From NCBI RefSeq assembly GCF_001194135.2, contig NC_069005.1, forward strand, positions 2,353,941-2,417,940: a stretch of DNA of 64,000 nt. The letters run 5' to 3'. Positions 36,628-50,022 of the stretch are shown here, piece by piece. Below the pieces are notes generated by a model, which saw only the letters and a list, made by a program, of their open reading frames with translations, was not told where the DNA came from and did no database searches. This DNA comes from Octopus bimaculoides (Eukaryota). The translations under genes and the position numbers were made by a program. Within the stretch, counting starts at the first letter, position 1. Every line of letters starts with the position of its first letter.

Positions 36628-36665
36628 CTTGTAACTTCTGCGGTAATTATCATCCGGTAATGGAA
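36628..36665 (-). CDS. Candidate 38-nt internal exon of an unidentified minus-strand gene
   Basis: Minus strand: ...TATTTACAG|TTCCATTACCGGATGATAATTACCGCAGAAGTTACAAG|GTAAGA. Canonical acceptor and strong donor. Two frames are open (xPLPDDNYRRSYK or FHYRMIITAEVT). No homology recognised. Confidence 0.35.
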
Positions 36666-37114
36666 CTGTAAATATGTATTGTTTATCCTCCAGTAACGGA
36701 AAAAGGAAATAATGTAAAATTTTGTATTGACACTGGCCAACTCACACTTCACGCATGTCAGTCGTCCACAAAGTATATAAAACAAGCAGCGCATAACAAG
36801 AAGAGAAGAGACAAAAATAAAATAACACGTGTCAATTTTTTTTTTCTAAAAACGTTCAATGACCTTAAATGGAGTGTGGGGTTCGAATAGACGCCATTCC
36901 ACCTTTTGATTTATCATTACCATTCTTTTCGTTCGATTTTATTTTTCCGCCACTTTTGTGTTTTTTCTGACCTTGTGTTGTTCCCTCTGTGTTTCGACCC
37001 TGTGTGGTTAATAAAAAAGATCAAGTCATCAGGTATGTATGTGTAGTTGTGTATGCGTGTTTAATAACGTACCGTTTATAGTATGTCTATATATATAGAT
37101 AACAATAACATTTC

Positions 37115-37322
37115 TACTATAGTATAAGTTCTAAATTTTTTTAGGGGGAGACGGGACTGGTCGATTACATCGACCCCAGTGCTTCGCCGCTACTTAATTA
37201 ATCGACCCCGAAAGGATGAAAGGCAAAATCGACCTCAACCGAATTTGAACTCAGAACGTAGTTACGGGCGAAACAACGCTAAGCATTTCGTCCAGCGTGC
37301 TAACGATTCTGCCAGCTCTCGG
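37115..37322 (-). mobile_element. SINE family A, full length
   Basis: TCGATTACATCGACCCCAGTG...TAATCGACCCCGAAAGGATGAAAGGCAAAATCGACCTC...GCTAAGCATTTCGTCCAGCGTGCTAACGATTCTGCCAGCTC. Confidence 0.9.
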
Positions 37323-37534
37323 CCTAACTACAGCAAAAACAACAACAATGATTTTATTATTTGCCACAAGGGTAAAGGATCAGGGAGACAATACAAACGC
37401 AAACATAAAGTGTAGGGGTTTGCATTCAATGAAATGATAAAAAAAAAATCACAAAGTTTACAGGATAAACAAAGAAGGAAAGTATACAACAATAAAAGGC
37501 AAGAAGTAAAAAAAAAGATGATAGTGAAGTGGTC

Positions 37535-38250
37535 CTTCTGTCCCAGGAGGACCCCATCACAATCCTCTTAGGGGTAATCGAGAAACCCACCGTCCAGAAT
37601 CTCCTTTTACACCAAGGGCATGTCCTTTCCTGTTCTTTTCTTTCGACTCAAGAGTCTACACTTAGAACAGTGCCATCCACTCTTGCCATTTTCGCATCTT
37701 TAACTCACCTTTCAGTATATTCACTGGCCGCCAGTATTTCCCTTTCCCTCTTCACGTTCCTTAACGAATGAGACTCGAAAATGTTGATGAGGGCGCTACA
37801 AAAGAGGAATTAGTCTGCCCTACAAATTTCTGCCCTTCAAACTGGTCCACCAGACAACGTGTTTCTCCATAGCCACCAGATGGTCGACCCTATCGAATGC
37901 TTTGAATTGATCCAAATTGATCAGAGTCCCACCCACTCAATGATGTATCACATCTGGCAGAGGTTGTGGATAAACCTGTTCGAGATTGCGGACGTTTGCG
38001 GTTCCCCGACCAGGGTACCGACGACAGGCGCCAACCGTTTCGCGAACACTTTGACCAAAATTTTAAACTCTGTGTTTAGCAGACTTATGGACAGCAAATT
38101 CGCTAACACCACCTCATTGCCAGCGTCCTTCCTCAGCAGTGTTACCACAACCCGGCTAACAGTAGTAGGAATTCTGCCATTTATAGTAGACGTCTGCCAA
38201 GCGGCCCACCAAACAAATCTGGTATGTATTCACAAAATTCAAGAATACAA
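37535..38250 (-). mobile_element. L1/Tx1-clade LINE reverse-transcriptase relic
   Basis: PDLFGGPLADVYY...SRVVVTLLRKD...NLLSISLLNTEFKILVKVFAKRLAPVVGTLVGEPQTSAI...YIIEWVG...LINLDQFKAFDRVDH. These are RT domains 0-3, followed by deleted downstream pieces. Confidence 0.85.
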
Positions 38251-39020
38251 GGGATGACGACGACGACGACGACGATGATGCATCTATGAGATCTAAGGGG
38301 AGATAATAGCAACAATAACACTTCCTTTAGTTAAAACTGTTGTTATTGTATATCTTCTTTCTTTAATGTTGCCCATATTTTTTTCTTCTAGACTATTTGT
38401 ATTTTGCATTTGCTTGATATCATCTCTGAGTATTCTGTAGACTTCGTCGGACAAATATCTTCTTAAGTGGTTTAAAATACGCTTAAGTGCATTTCTGTGG
38501 CTTCTGTCCTTTGGAATATATTGGATAACATTTATCTTTTTTTCACATACCCCCCCCCCCAAAAAAAAAAAATCATTTAACTTTATTCAAACCGCAGACA
38601 TCTTGTTTTTACTGACATTTCATTTTCAATATTTGTTTACTCTGTAGATTAAAATATTTTAAAAGCAGTAGATTTGTAAATGAGTAAGAGTTCGTTGCAG
38701 TTAGTGGCAGGTCTAACCAGCGTGTACAAGCTTTCCTCGTAGGTCTGTTTTCCCCATGAGAGACCCGTTGGGTTTGTATAACGGAGTTGTGGTCGATTGC
38801 ATTAACCACAGGCTTCTGGACATTAGCTATTATGAGAATGAAACAAGTTTTGATATTTAAAGGTTAACTAAAAAAAAAATTCATCGATTCATGTTTATAA
38901 TTCGGGGCTTCAGAAGAAGAATGGCACACAGCACAGTACGAACTCACAAGCCATGTGTTTGAAACCAGATACCTGAAGCAACTCTACGGTGAATAAATAT
39001 CATTATTAGAAGCAAGTTTC

Positions 39021-39240
39021 AAGGCGGTGAGCTGGCAGAATCGTTAGCACGCCAGGCGAAATGCTTAGCAGTATTTCGTTTGTCTTTACGTTCTGAGTTC
39101 AAATTCCGCCGAGGTCGACTTTGCCTTTCATCGTTTCGGGATCAATAAATTAAGTACCAGTTACGTACTGGGGTCGATGTAATCAACTTAATCCCTTCCC
39201 CCAAATTTGGGGCCTTGTGCTTCTGGTAGAAAGGATTATT
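39021..39240 (+). mobile_element. SINE family A, full length with an ATT tail
   Basis: AAGGCGGTGAGCTGGCAGAATCGTTAGCAC...GGTAGAAAGGATTATTA. Confidence 0.9.
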
Positions 39241-39254
39241 AAAATTAAGCAGAA

Positions 39255-39830
39255 AGCAGCGAACTGGCGGAATATTTAATGTCGGAAAAAACGCCTTGTG
39301 TTTCTTTTTTTACAATTCTTTATATTCTGAGTTCAAATGGAGCCGAAGTCATATTTGCCTTTCGNNNNNNNNNNNNNNNNNNNNNNNNNNNNNNNNNNNN
39401 NNNNNNNNNNNNNNNNNNNNNNNNNNNNNNNNNNNNNNNNNNNNNNNNNNNNNNNNNNNNNNNNNNNNNNNNNNNNNNNNNNNNNNNNNNNNNNNNNNNN
39501 NNNNNNNNNNNNNNNNNNNNNNNNNNNNNNNNNNNNNNNNNNNNNNNNNNNNNNNNNNNNNNNNNNNNNNNNNNNNNNNNNNNNNNNNNNNNNNNNNNNN
39601 NNNNNNNNNNNNNNNNNNNNNNNNNNNNNNNNNNNNNNNNNNNNNNNNNNNNNNNNNNNNNNNNNNNNNNNNNNNNNNNNNNNNNNNNNNNNNNNNNNNN
39701 NNNNNNNNNNNNNNNNNNNNNNNNNNNGTATCTCATCTTTGGGAAATGAGGTTGATGAAATAAAGTACCAGTGGTGTACTGGGGGTGGTCTTTAACGTTT
39801 ATACTACCCTCTCACCAAAATTCGAGACCT
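39255..39830 (+). mobile_element. Second, diverged SINE A copy in tandem, interrupted by the gap at 39365-39726
   Basis: Head GCGAACTGGCGGAAT...TTCTGAGTTCAAAT...TTTGCCTTTC before the gap, and GATGAAATAAAGTACCAGTGGTGTACTGGGGG after it. Confidence 0.6.
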
Positions 39831-40180
39831 TTTATTTATTATTTAAAAGCAAGCTCAAGATAATAGAGAAGGAATAAAGAAGACTAAGTAAAAAAAAAAA
39901 GAAAAAAAAAGAAAAAAAACTGTTCGAGAATGGTCACTCAGTCAAACCACAATCTGATGGAATCTTAGCTTAACTCAATGTGACCGTTCTTTACGTTAAA
40001 TCGGTTTGTTTTGAGAGGTCAATTGACCATGGCTCTCACTCTATCACAATCGATTTAGAGACGTTTACACATACATACACAGAAATAGGTACACACACAC
40101 ACACACAGACATAGACACACACATAGACACATACACTGACACAGAGAAAACATCTCCTTTACCAAACTGCTATTCTATCT

Positions 40181-40219
<39 letters not shown>

Positions 40220-40420
40220 GCGTGCGCGGCGCTTACACCGCCGCCTTCACGCGATCCCCGAATACGGCCCCCTCCACTCGCCTATGCGCTTTGCCAGTTT
40301 AACATAAAACACCACTTAAGATCTGAGAGAATACTGATGATGTATAACAGTTAAATCTATTGATTGGTCGTGATTGTGAGCGATTATCAATTCTTTTCAT
40401 CGACAGTAGCCGAGCCAGCT
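40220..40420. promoter_or_regulatory. CpG/GC-rich promoter-like patch
   Basis: Locally CpG-dense non-repeat sequence with ATTGG (CCAAT on the minus strand) near 40362 and a minus-strand donor-like GGT|GTAAGC near 40235. Confidence 0.3.
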
Positions 40421-41733
40421 CCATACACACACACACTTGTGCGAGCACACACTCACTTAGATGGCCCCATAAACGGGCACAAATACAAGTACATACACGC
40501 ATTCACGCACACAGTTATCTGTTTACTGGTTCTACACACAAACTTACACGCATAGACACATACAGAACCATGCATACGGAAGCACATACAGGCACGTACA
40601 ACACATTCGCACGCATTTACTCACACAAACACAGCTGCACACACACACTCACACACACGTGCACGCGCGCAGAACCATAGAACCATATATAGGGACACAT
40701 TTAAAATTACACACATTCACTCACACACTCTCACACACACACATACATACACACATACACACGTGCAAAGTCATGCAATCGGGGACACACAGAACCGTAC
40801 ACACACAGACACACATACAAGCGCACGCATTCATACACATACACATGCATCCAAGCACACACCCAGAGGTAGCTGTTTACCAATTCTTTTCCTACACACA
40901 CACACATACACACACGCAGAGTAATGCATACGAACATACAAACAAGTACACACATCCACACATTTTCTCTCTCATTCACACACACACACACACACACACA
41001 CATACAAAACACACATATGCACGCACACACATACACACACACATACACCCACCCACACACCCTTGCAGTGTTATCTATTTACCAGTTCATTCCCTATATT
41101 TCTCTGCTCGCCTAATTTCTCTTCCTTTTCTTTCTTTCCTTCCTTCCTTTTCTTTCTTTCTTTCTTTCTTTCTTTTTTTTCTCTCCCCTTCGCTGTCTCT
41201 GACTCACTTCCCAAGATGGCGGTTATGGCGGCGATGTTACAATGTAACGCATGCCATTAATACGAATGAAAAGAAGTGGATTTCTTTCAGCTTTACAACT
41301 CGACAGTTTAACACTATATTTAAATTGAAAAGTGAGGAAAACAACAAGACAAGGAAGATTTTCATCATTATTTCTAACAGCCTACATCACGGTATATAGA
41401 CGAGCGCCGTGAGAGAGTTTCTATTCGGGGCGCTAGCGTTTTATCCAGATAACGCTTTGAATATCTCCCCTTTCTTCCTGTTCCTTCACTTCAGAACCGA
41501 TTTCAGGAACTGTACATCAAACTTAGTTATCATCAGATGCTGTTAATGTTATTATTTTGCGGTTAGTGTTCTTCCTGTAAATGAGTGCGGTGGAGTCGAT
41601 GCGGTGTTGCTTGTCGCGGCAATGACCTTTTTGGAAGTATCTGTATACAGTAAAGCAAGGCCTGACATTTTGGGTTTTAACGATGAACATTAAGGGTGCC
41701 TATATTACAAAGGAATATTAGGAGCCAGTTTTT

Positions 41734-41903
41734 AAGGTGGCGAGCTAGCGGAATCGTTTGCACGCCGAACTAAATGCTTAGCAGCATTTCGTCCGGCTGT
41801 ATATTTTGGGTATAAATTCTCCAGGGACGGCGTTGTCTTTCATCATTACATGGTCGATGAAATAAGTACCAGTCGAACACTGGGGTCGATGTTATCGACT
41901 TAC
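41734..41903 (+). mobile_element. SINE family A, diverged
   Basis: AAGGTGGCGAGCTAGCGGAATCGTTTGCACGCCG...GGTCGATGAAATAAGTACCAGTCGAACACTGGGGTCGATGTTATCGACT. Confidence 0.85.
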
Positions 41904-42762
41904 ATTGGTGGCATTCAAAACCGAAGCGTATTATAGTTCGATTCCCACACTCGGTGTGTCAGACGACCTCTGATTTTGGGCCGAACTTTTGAGGTTGAAA
42001 TTCTATCCTGTAGACGAACGTATACGGAAATACTTATACAAGCAACCGTGTTGTTGAATTCTTATGACTAAGTGTTGTGCTGGTAAAATATAACAAGATT
42101 TAACTATCTGTCGTAGGATGTTAATCTAGGTATCGTAGAGTCGTCTAAATAACTATTATAACATGTAAATCAGGTATAACTGTTAGACAAACAACTGTTA
42201 TAAGGTACAGGAACTGAGATATCGAAGATTTGAATAAATATCAATACCTTGCGTACATTTTTTTTATTATGCATAAATGAATAAATATTGATTTTTGAAT
42301 AAATTTCAAACTGGTATATACTGTTCAATCATAAAGAGTGTATGTATGTATGTATGTATGTATGTATGTATGTATGTGCGTATGTATGTTCGAATGTATT
42401 CATGTATGCATTTATAAATGTATGTTTGTACGTGTGAATGTTTGTATGCATTGTGGGAATGTACGTTTGAATATATATATATATATATGTATATAGGTAT
42501 GTATGTATTGCATGTATGAATGTATGTATATGTATATGTCTGATTGAATATATATTGTATGTCTGTATATATTTGTATATATGAATATGTGTGTGTGTGT
42601 ATGTATACATACATATATAATATATACAAATATGCACGTCTGAATGTATGCATGTGTTTATATACGCGTGAGTGAGCGTGTGTCGTGTTTGTCTTTGCAG
42701 AGAGCATATATAGTTATTTCACGCACGTAATGCATAATATACATACACAAACTTAGAGACGA

Positions 42763-42806
<44 letters not shown>

Positions 42807-43534
42807 NNNNNNNNNNATATATATATATATATATTCATTTATGGACAGAGATGTATATACATAGATATCGCGATGGTTTGATAGATAGATAAATATTTAT
42901 ACATACCGATAAACACAAATACTTTTCCACAATTTTCATTCTATGCATCCATGTTTAATATTTATTTTGATTTTCCGACGTTAAGCATTTTATTTTCTTC
43001 CTCTACATCTCTGTTTTTTTTTCACATACATACCCACTTATACATACATAAATACGCGTACATACATACATTTATGCATACATATATATATATGCATATA
43101 TATATATACATATATATATATACATATATATGTATATATATGTATGAATATATATATATATATATATGTGTGTATATATGTATGTATGTATATGCATCAG
43201 CGTGTTTGTTCTTTGTCTGTATATGTTTACCTGTCATGCATACACGCTCGCAGATGCATACATATTTGCGCTCATGCAGGTATACACGCGTGTGTGTATA
43301 TGTGTGTATATATGTATGTTTGTTACAAGAAATAATAAATTCTGTTCAGAGTTTACTTAAAACGGGCCCTTTAGACATATTTTGGAAATCATCAAAAGTA
43401 TGTTTTAGTTTTGTAGAAATGTCAAAAGATAAAAAAAAAATACGTAAACTATATAAAAATGAATATTGTAAATAAAAAGTGAATAAAAAAAAATGAAATC
43501 AATAATGTGCCAGAAGATTTTATCAAAAAACACA

Positions 43535-43880
43535 CCGCCATGACCACCACCACGGCTGCCATCACCACGGCTGCCACCACCACGGCTGCCACCACCACGG
43601 CTGCCACCACCACAACCACCGCCACCATCACTNNNNNNNNNNNNNNNNNNNNNNNNNNNNNNNNNNNNNNNNNNNNNNNNNNNNNNNNNNNNNNNNNNNN
43701 NNNNNNNNNNNNNNNNNNNNNNNNNNNNNNNCACCACCACCAACAACAACAACAACAAAACTCCGACATTCACACCACCACTTCCACTACCACCGCCACA
43801 ACCACCGCCACCGCCACAACATCTATCATTACCACCAGCAAAAATTACCACGTCCAACACCACCACCACCACCACCACCG
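43535..43880. repeat. 15-bp minisatellite (ACCACCACGGCTGCC)x4 within a (CAC)n tract, with a gap at 43633-43731
   Basis: Direct reading. Confidence 0.85.
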
Positions 43881-43965
43881 TTCCTGGAGCTGGCGATGCA
43901 TCGAGTTCTTGTGCAAAACACTTCATTTCACGTTGTTTCGATTCACTCAAATGCAAATGAGTTAA

Positions 43966-43993
43966 CTCTGCGAAGGACTGGCGTCCCATCCAG
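43966..43993 (+). mobile_element. Short SINE-domain-like relic
   Basis: CTCTGCGAAGGACTGGCGTCCCATCCAG resembles the CCTGCGATGGACTGGC...TCCAG motif found in V-type SINEs (from memory). Confidence 0.3.
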
Positions 43994-45283
43994 TTGAAAG
44001 GTGGAAAGTGGATAATGGTCTCAATGAACCGTCTTAGGAGTTGAAAACAGTAATCTTTAGCGGCGACTTACTTTACTACTGCTGTCTTTTCCACACCACT
44101 ATCCCCCACCTCCTCTTTCTCTTCATCATCTTCATCATCATCATCACCATCGTCTGTAGTAACATTGGGAACCTGTACCTGTCTATTCTATTTGTTAGAA
44201 GCAGCAGCCAAATCTTCCTCACACGATACGCTATGTTCTTTGAAAAAAACAACAACAAAAGGGTTATATAAGTTAGTGCGTGAAGACTTAGTTGTATGCA
44301 AAAAAAAAAAAAAATCTGGGGTAGTTAGAGTAGCAACGTGTTCGATTCTAGGTCTATTCTCCCAGTGATCTCTCCTGGTGGCTAAACAACATCAAGAAGA
44401 ACAACAACAATATATAAACGTTCTTCGAATGAAGTACACAGCATTTACAGCCAACACGTGTGGCCAATTTGACAGAATTGTTTGACTGAGATGCAATGCA
44501 TCATGGTAGTGGTTCCACCTCTCTGCGCTCTGAGTTCGAATCGCTCTACCCTTAACATTATCTTTCATGCTTTCGAGATGGATAAACAGAAAATATCAAT
44601 CAACCATAGCGGGGTTTTGGGGCTGGTGGTGGTGGAGCAGGTAAGAACGCCGAACCAACTGCTACGGAGTGTTATTTTTTTCCGGCTCTTTTTGTCGTTA
44701 TGAGTTCAATACCTAGTACGGTCTACTTGGGTGGGCGGACTTAATCAGATTGTCTATTTGACATCGTCACATGTGAACTTGTGTGACTTTGGCGAAGTCC
44801 ACTCTGATGCAAGAATTTGTGTCAGGTCTCCGGTTTGAGAATACTCTACCCCTACCCGTCTTAGAGATCCTGTAAAGGGTCATGAGTACTGCGTTTTCTC
44901 CTAACTGAATACTCCTTCTCCTCTGGTCTTCCTTCTCTCCTTCTGCCTCCCTCTCTCCTTCTTTTCCTCTCGTCTTCCCCTCCACCCCATCCTCCCTTTC
45001 TTTCCCTCCCTTCTCTCTTCCTTCCCCTCCCCACTTCCTCCGCTCCTCCCCCTTCAGTACGACATCCACCATCTACAATACAACCCTTATCACCTCCACC
45101 ACCGACACCTCCTACACAACCATTACCATCATCAGCATCATCGTCATCATCATCATCATCATCACGCCACCACCTACATAACCATCATGATCATCATCTC
45201 GTTGCTCCTCCCCCTCATCATCATCATCATCAGTGACACCATAAAAGGCATCTATAATAAGAAGATGAAGAAGAAGATGAAAA

Positions 45284-45318
<35 letters not shown>

Positions 45319-45796
45319 GCAACAAGAACGGCAACAACACCGGCTCGCTAAGAAAATCTATCAGTTGGTTGTTTTAAGATGAAAACAACGAAAGAGAAAA
45401 AGGAAGAAGAAGAGAACACTTCACCAGAAAAGATAACATCAGTGGAAAAGCCAAAAAAGAAAAGAAAAGAAAAGGTTAATAATAAATTTAAAAAAAAAAT
45501 CGTGAAATTAAAGGAAGACAGTAAGAGAAGGAGAGAGAGAGAAAGAGAGGGAGAGAGAAAAAGAAAATCATAGCAATTAATTCCTTTAGAAAACTGGATT
45601 AAATTAAACAGCCATTTTGAAATTATTTGGCGTTTCTCATGAAGATGTTTGTCACGTTTTTGTAAACTATTAACACTTTTACACGAGAAGTTGTTGTTGA
45701 GTTGCTGACAGTGGGCTGATAGAGGGCCACAACAGGTTAAAAACCCCCCACAAAATATAGAAATAGAGAGGTGACACACATGAGGAGTAGATAGAC

Positions 45797-45965
45797 AGCC
45801 AACAACTGATGAAGGGTTGTTCTTTGTGTTACTTGTCCTGTTTTCTATTTTTTCTCTCTCTCTCGTTGTTTGCGTATTTAACTTATTTGTTTTCGTACTT
45901 CATGTTGTTTACTGTCGGTGACGTCCTGTAATTAAATGGAGTTACGTGAAACGATCGTACTGGCT
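45797..45965 (+). repeat. Second copy of the 24108 repeat, ending in GAAACGATCGTAC
   Basis: Homology to 24108-24228. The palindrome ACGATCGT follows GAA and is followed by A, giving a GUA triplet. Confidence 0.7.
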
Positions 45966-47539
45966 TACATCTGGATATCCTTGTTGCTTATTTNNNNNNN
46001 NNNNNNNNNNNNNNNNNNNNNNNNNNNNNNNNNNNNNNNNNNNNNNNNNNNNNNNNNNNNNNNNNNNNNNNNNNNNNNNNNNNNNNNNNNNNNNNNNNNN
46101 NNNNNNNNNNNNNNNNNNNNNNNNNNNNNNNNNNNNNNNNNNNNNNNNNNNNNNNNNCAAATACACACAAACACACACACATATATATTTTAATATGTTT
46201 GTATTGTCACCAAATCTTTGGAATTGTTTCACAGGGCAAATTCTTATTAAAAAAAGAAGAGAATTAAATTGTTTTGTCTTATTTCGTTTTTACCAATTAT
46301 TTCTATGAATTTTTAAGAAACAAATAGTTTTTTTTTATGTATATTTCATCTGGGAATATTTCTATCAAAATTTATAAAAATCACAATTGAGTGCGAACAA
46401 ACGTAAAAAGAAAAACAATTTATAAAAATAAACCGAACGAAAATGACAAAAAAAAAAAAAATTGAGTAAAGAAAATATAAAACAAACAAGCAAAAAGCAA
46501 CATCAGTAAATATATAACAAAAACATAAGGCTGATTTGCATATGCGTTCTAAAACATTCGGTTAGATTCGATCCCAAATATATTAGTCGCCGTTGTGTGT
46601 GTAACAGAAGAAAACCTTCTTTCTACGACGACACAAGGTTCATAACACACTCGGCTCATTAAGAGAAAGGATTTTGGGATACCAATTTTTGACATGTGTG
46701 TCGTCTCATTATCCAGAAGTACTTGAAATATCGACCCTGTCGTGTATTGAACTCCTAATCACTACATAACAGTTACTATACAATTGTTTAAATTTCTAAA
46801 AACCGCCAGTCACATGACATGCACGAGTTTTATGTGAACTTGTCTGTTTTTGTTTTTATATATATTGCAATTTAATTAAGAAGGTTATACAAAAGGTTAC
46901 AGTGGTGGCACAGTCGAACGAAACCCGCCCCCACTTCATTGTATGTGTTACTGTTTGTTGTCATCCGATTTATATTAATTTTTAACTTAAATTTCTAACA
47001 ATTCATCTTCTGTAAAATGTTTCGTTTTATCGACCCCTCCCTCATTTTATCGTCCCCTCTATGTTTGGCAAAAAAAAAAAATAGTTGTTATCCTCTCTCA
47101 TACGTTCGATGGTTGATTGTGCTTCCGCTACGACGAGACGGAAATTCGCAGTTTATGGCTGTTTCACCCTTGTTTCTACACCTGTGCAAAGCAAATTACA
47201 AAACTTGACAGAGTCTAAACAAGTTACTGGCTTTGTTTATAATAACAGCGAAAAAGCTCTTTGCTGATCAGTTTTGTCTGCCATCCAGTAAAAAAAAAAA
47301 AGAAAAACAGAATAAAAATTGTTTTCAGTAGACACAGCAATATCTGGCTGAAACTGTAACCAAAGCCAGTTAGGCAACTAGAGAGGTATACACACACACA
47401 CACACACACACACAGACACACGTCTGGCACTTGTTGTACTCGAGAAAATCCGTACTCCACACAAGAAGTGTTAAAGCCGCTTCCCCTGGAGAAGAGGTTT
47501 GGCCTGTAAGTTCTGTGCCAGTTCCACTTAAAAAAGAAA

Positions 47540-47735
47540 GCAAATGCATTCGTGACGGCGCCACGTAAAAGCACCCAGCACACACTATAAGGTGTTTGGC
47601 GTCAGAAAGGGTATCCAGCTGTAGAAACCTTGCCAAGCCACGCCAAATCAGACTAGAGCCTGGTGTAGCTCTCCAGTTTGCCGGCTCCGGTAAATCGTCC
47701 AACCTATGCCAGCATGGACAACGGACGTTAAATCA
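47540..47735 (+). mobile_element. SINE-like repeat with an RTE-type 3' tail
   Basis: GCCACGTAAAAGCACCCAGCACAC...TTGGCGTCAGAAAGGGTATCCAGCTGTAGAAACC...TGCCAGCATGGACAACGGACGTTAAAT. Recognised as a cephalopod-type dispersed repeat from memory. Single copy in this window. Confidence 0.5.
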
Positions 47736-47782
<47 letters not shown>

Positions 47783-48154
47783 ATGTACAAATAGGTAGAC
47801 GCAGAAAGTTAGACAGATCCATTGATAAATGAATAGCTAAATAGAATAGATACATATGCGGTTGAAGTCCTTTCTGGTGCATAACTGCATCGTATGCTGC
47901 CAAAAGAGACAGAAATAAATGCATTCCCAGAACAAGCTGTAGTTTAACTTCATGTCTGCAGATATTCCAACAGCTATTATAATGTCTTCCCAAGAACCTT
48001 TCGTAACTACGTTAAGCAATATTAATCTCCTTAAACTTACCATTGTTCCTGCCAAGAACATAGATGATACATTCTTCTTAAATTCTCGCGTCGACTTTCG
48101 GTTGAAAGCACACCAAGCGAATACACGCATACTGGCATGCATATGTATACACAC

Positions 48155-48185
<31 letters not shown>

Positions 48186-48294
48186 ATCTCTATGCAAATA
48201 TATACACACACACACATATACGCACATATATGTAAGTGTATATGTCTGAATGGATCGATCTATCTATCTATCTATCTATCTATCTAGTTATCTA

Positions 48295-48340
<46 letters not shown>

Positions 48341-48924
48341 CTTTGTGTGTAATAGACTCCTTTAACCCTCGTTTCTACAAAATTAAAAGGAATGTGCTGC
48401 TACTGAAATAAAAAGGAAATTTATCACAGGGTTTGGTTCTTTTCTTACTGGAACAAAGTCTTATCTATTTCGTGTTTTAAGTCTTCCTGCCAGTTATCAC
48501 ATACGTCGAAAACCGATTCATCTAAGACAAACAAAAATTTCGCATCGCATCGATATTCTATATTGCCAAATATCCTAACACCATGTTTCCTGAGAACGTG
48601 CCAGCTGTTTACGTCTTTGTTCATTCTGGCATGAAGAATATCTGAAAAGCTGACCAACTTTTGTAACACTGGGTTGTAATATTACTAAATACTTAACTTC
48701 AAGCAGCATTGAATAAATTCCCTGTTTTCTACATAAGAGGAATTCAAGAAAGAAGGAAGAATTATTTACTGCTTTCTCTTTATTCCAGCACATTTACCAT
48801 TTTCTCCCGGCATCTTTTGCAACTTCCTTAAACTTCTTTTACCTTTCAACCAAATTGTAGCTAAATTTTCCATCCATCCATCCATCCATCTATCCATCCA
48901 TCCTCTTTGCCAATTATTCCTGGG

Positions 48925-49215
48925 TGGAATGGGGAGAACGTGGGAGTAGAATCTTCAGATACGTCCTCCATAGGATTCTATCAGATACAAACATCGTTTG
49001 ACTTTCCGGTTGGATTTCCAAGCGGGACCATATTAGATTATGTATATCATTCAATCATTTCGTTCTTCGTCTACCCCTAGGCCTTCTGCCTGCTGGCTCT
49101 GCTTGAAGAATTCGTCTTGAAATTCTTTCGCGCGACATTCTAATAACTTATGCGTGGTACCAGAAATGTGACCTCTCAAAACAGAGAGGTAGCTGCTCGA
49201 CCTGGAAGTGAAAAC
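48925..49215 (-). mobile_element. RTE-clade (Expander/Rex3-like) LINE 3' coding end
   Basis: VEQLPLCFERSHFWYHA*VIRMSRERISRRILQAEPAGRRPRGRRRTK*LNDIHNLIWSRLEI...SDRILWRTYLKILLPR matches VEPLLL.IERSQLRW.GH..RM...R.....P.GRRPRGRPRTRW. Confidence 0.85.
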
Positions 49216-49244
49216 TATAGTGGAGAAGTGGCTCAAAGAACAGT

Positions 49245-49400
49245 CAACAGAATTTTACAGGGTAGGGATACATGCTCTCGTTCGAAGGTGGAACATTGCT
49301 ATTGAGAGAAACGGTGACTATGTTGAGAAATAGGGATGTGATCCACAGAGGACCAGCTTCATTTTGATGTACGATACATGTTCCTGTGTTAGTAATTATA
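49245..49400 (+). mobile_element. Mariner transposase C-terminal fragment and 3' flank
   Basis: TEFYRVGIHALVRRWNIAIERNGDYVEK* resembles the mariner ending FY..GI..L..RW...I...G.Y. Confidence 0.7.
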
Positions 49401-49440
49401 CCTTTCCTAAAAAAAATGGCATTAATTTTTGACGCATACA

Positions 49441-49484
<44 letters not shown>

Positions 49485-49883
49485 GTGTGTGTGTTTGTTG
49501 TGATGTATGCGTATGATCTGTGTGCGTCACACTTACCGTAAACTTATGAACTTCCACCATGTTCTCTCCTTCAAAATCTTCCTCTTACCATTCCTTCCCA
49601 TTTCACTCTTTCGTTTGTTTTCTCTATCTTACGATCTATCTCCACTTTCTTTCTTACTTTCTTTCTTTCTTTCTTTATTTCTCTCCCCCTCTCTAATCTA
49701 ATGTACTCTTCTCTTCTCTACACACTCTCTAACTTTCCCCCCCGTCGCTGCTTCTTCTCTCTTTCCTCTTAAAATCCATTGACTTCACGATTATATCATT
49801 TACTTTAAATCAAATCTCTATCTTGCAGTATTGCTTCTTCACCCACACCCACACATCCACACACGTGTGTGTATGTGCATGTA

Positions 49884-49915
<32 letters not shown>

Positions 49916-49966
49916 CTCATATACATATATACACGCATATATATGTATAAAATATCTATACATACG

Positions 49967-50022
<56 letters not shown>

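Noticed and set aside
43507-43965. Mucin-like Thr/Ala/His-rich ORF
   Set aside because: It derives from a (CAC)n tract with a 15-bp minisatellite and a gap. Such tracts are common across this window.
48445-48669. 74-aa ORF containing FVLDES, resembling a DEAD-box motif II
   Set aside because: No other helicase motifs are present and a single short match is insufficient.
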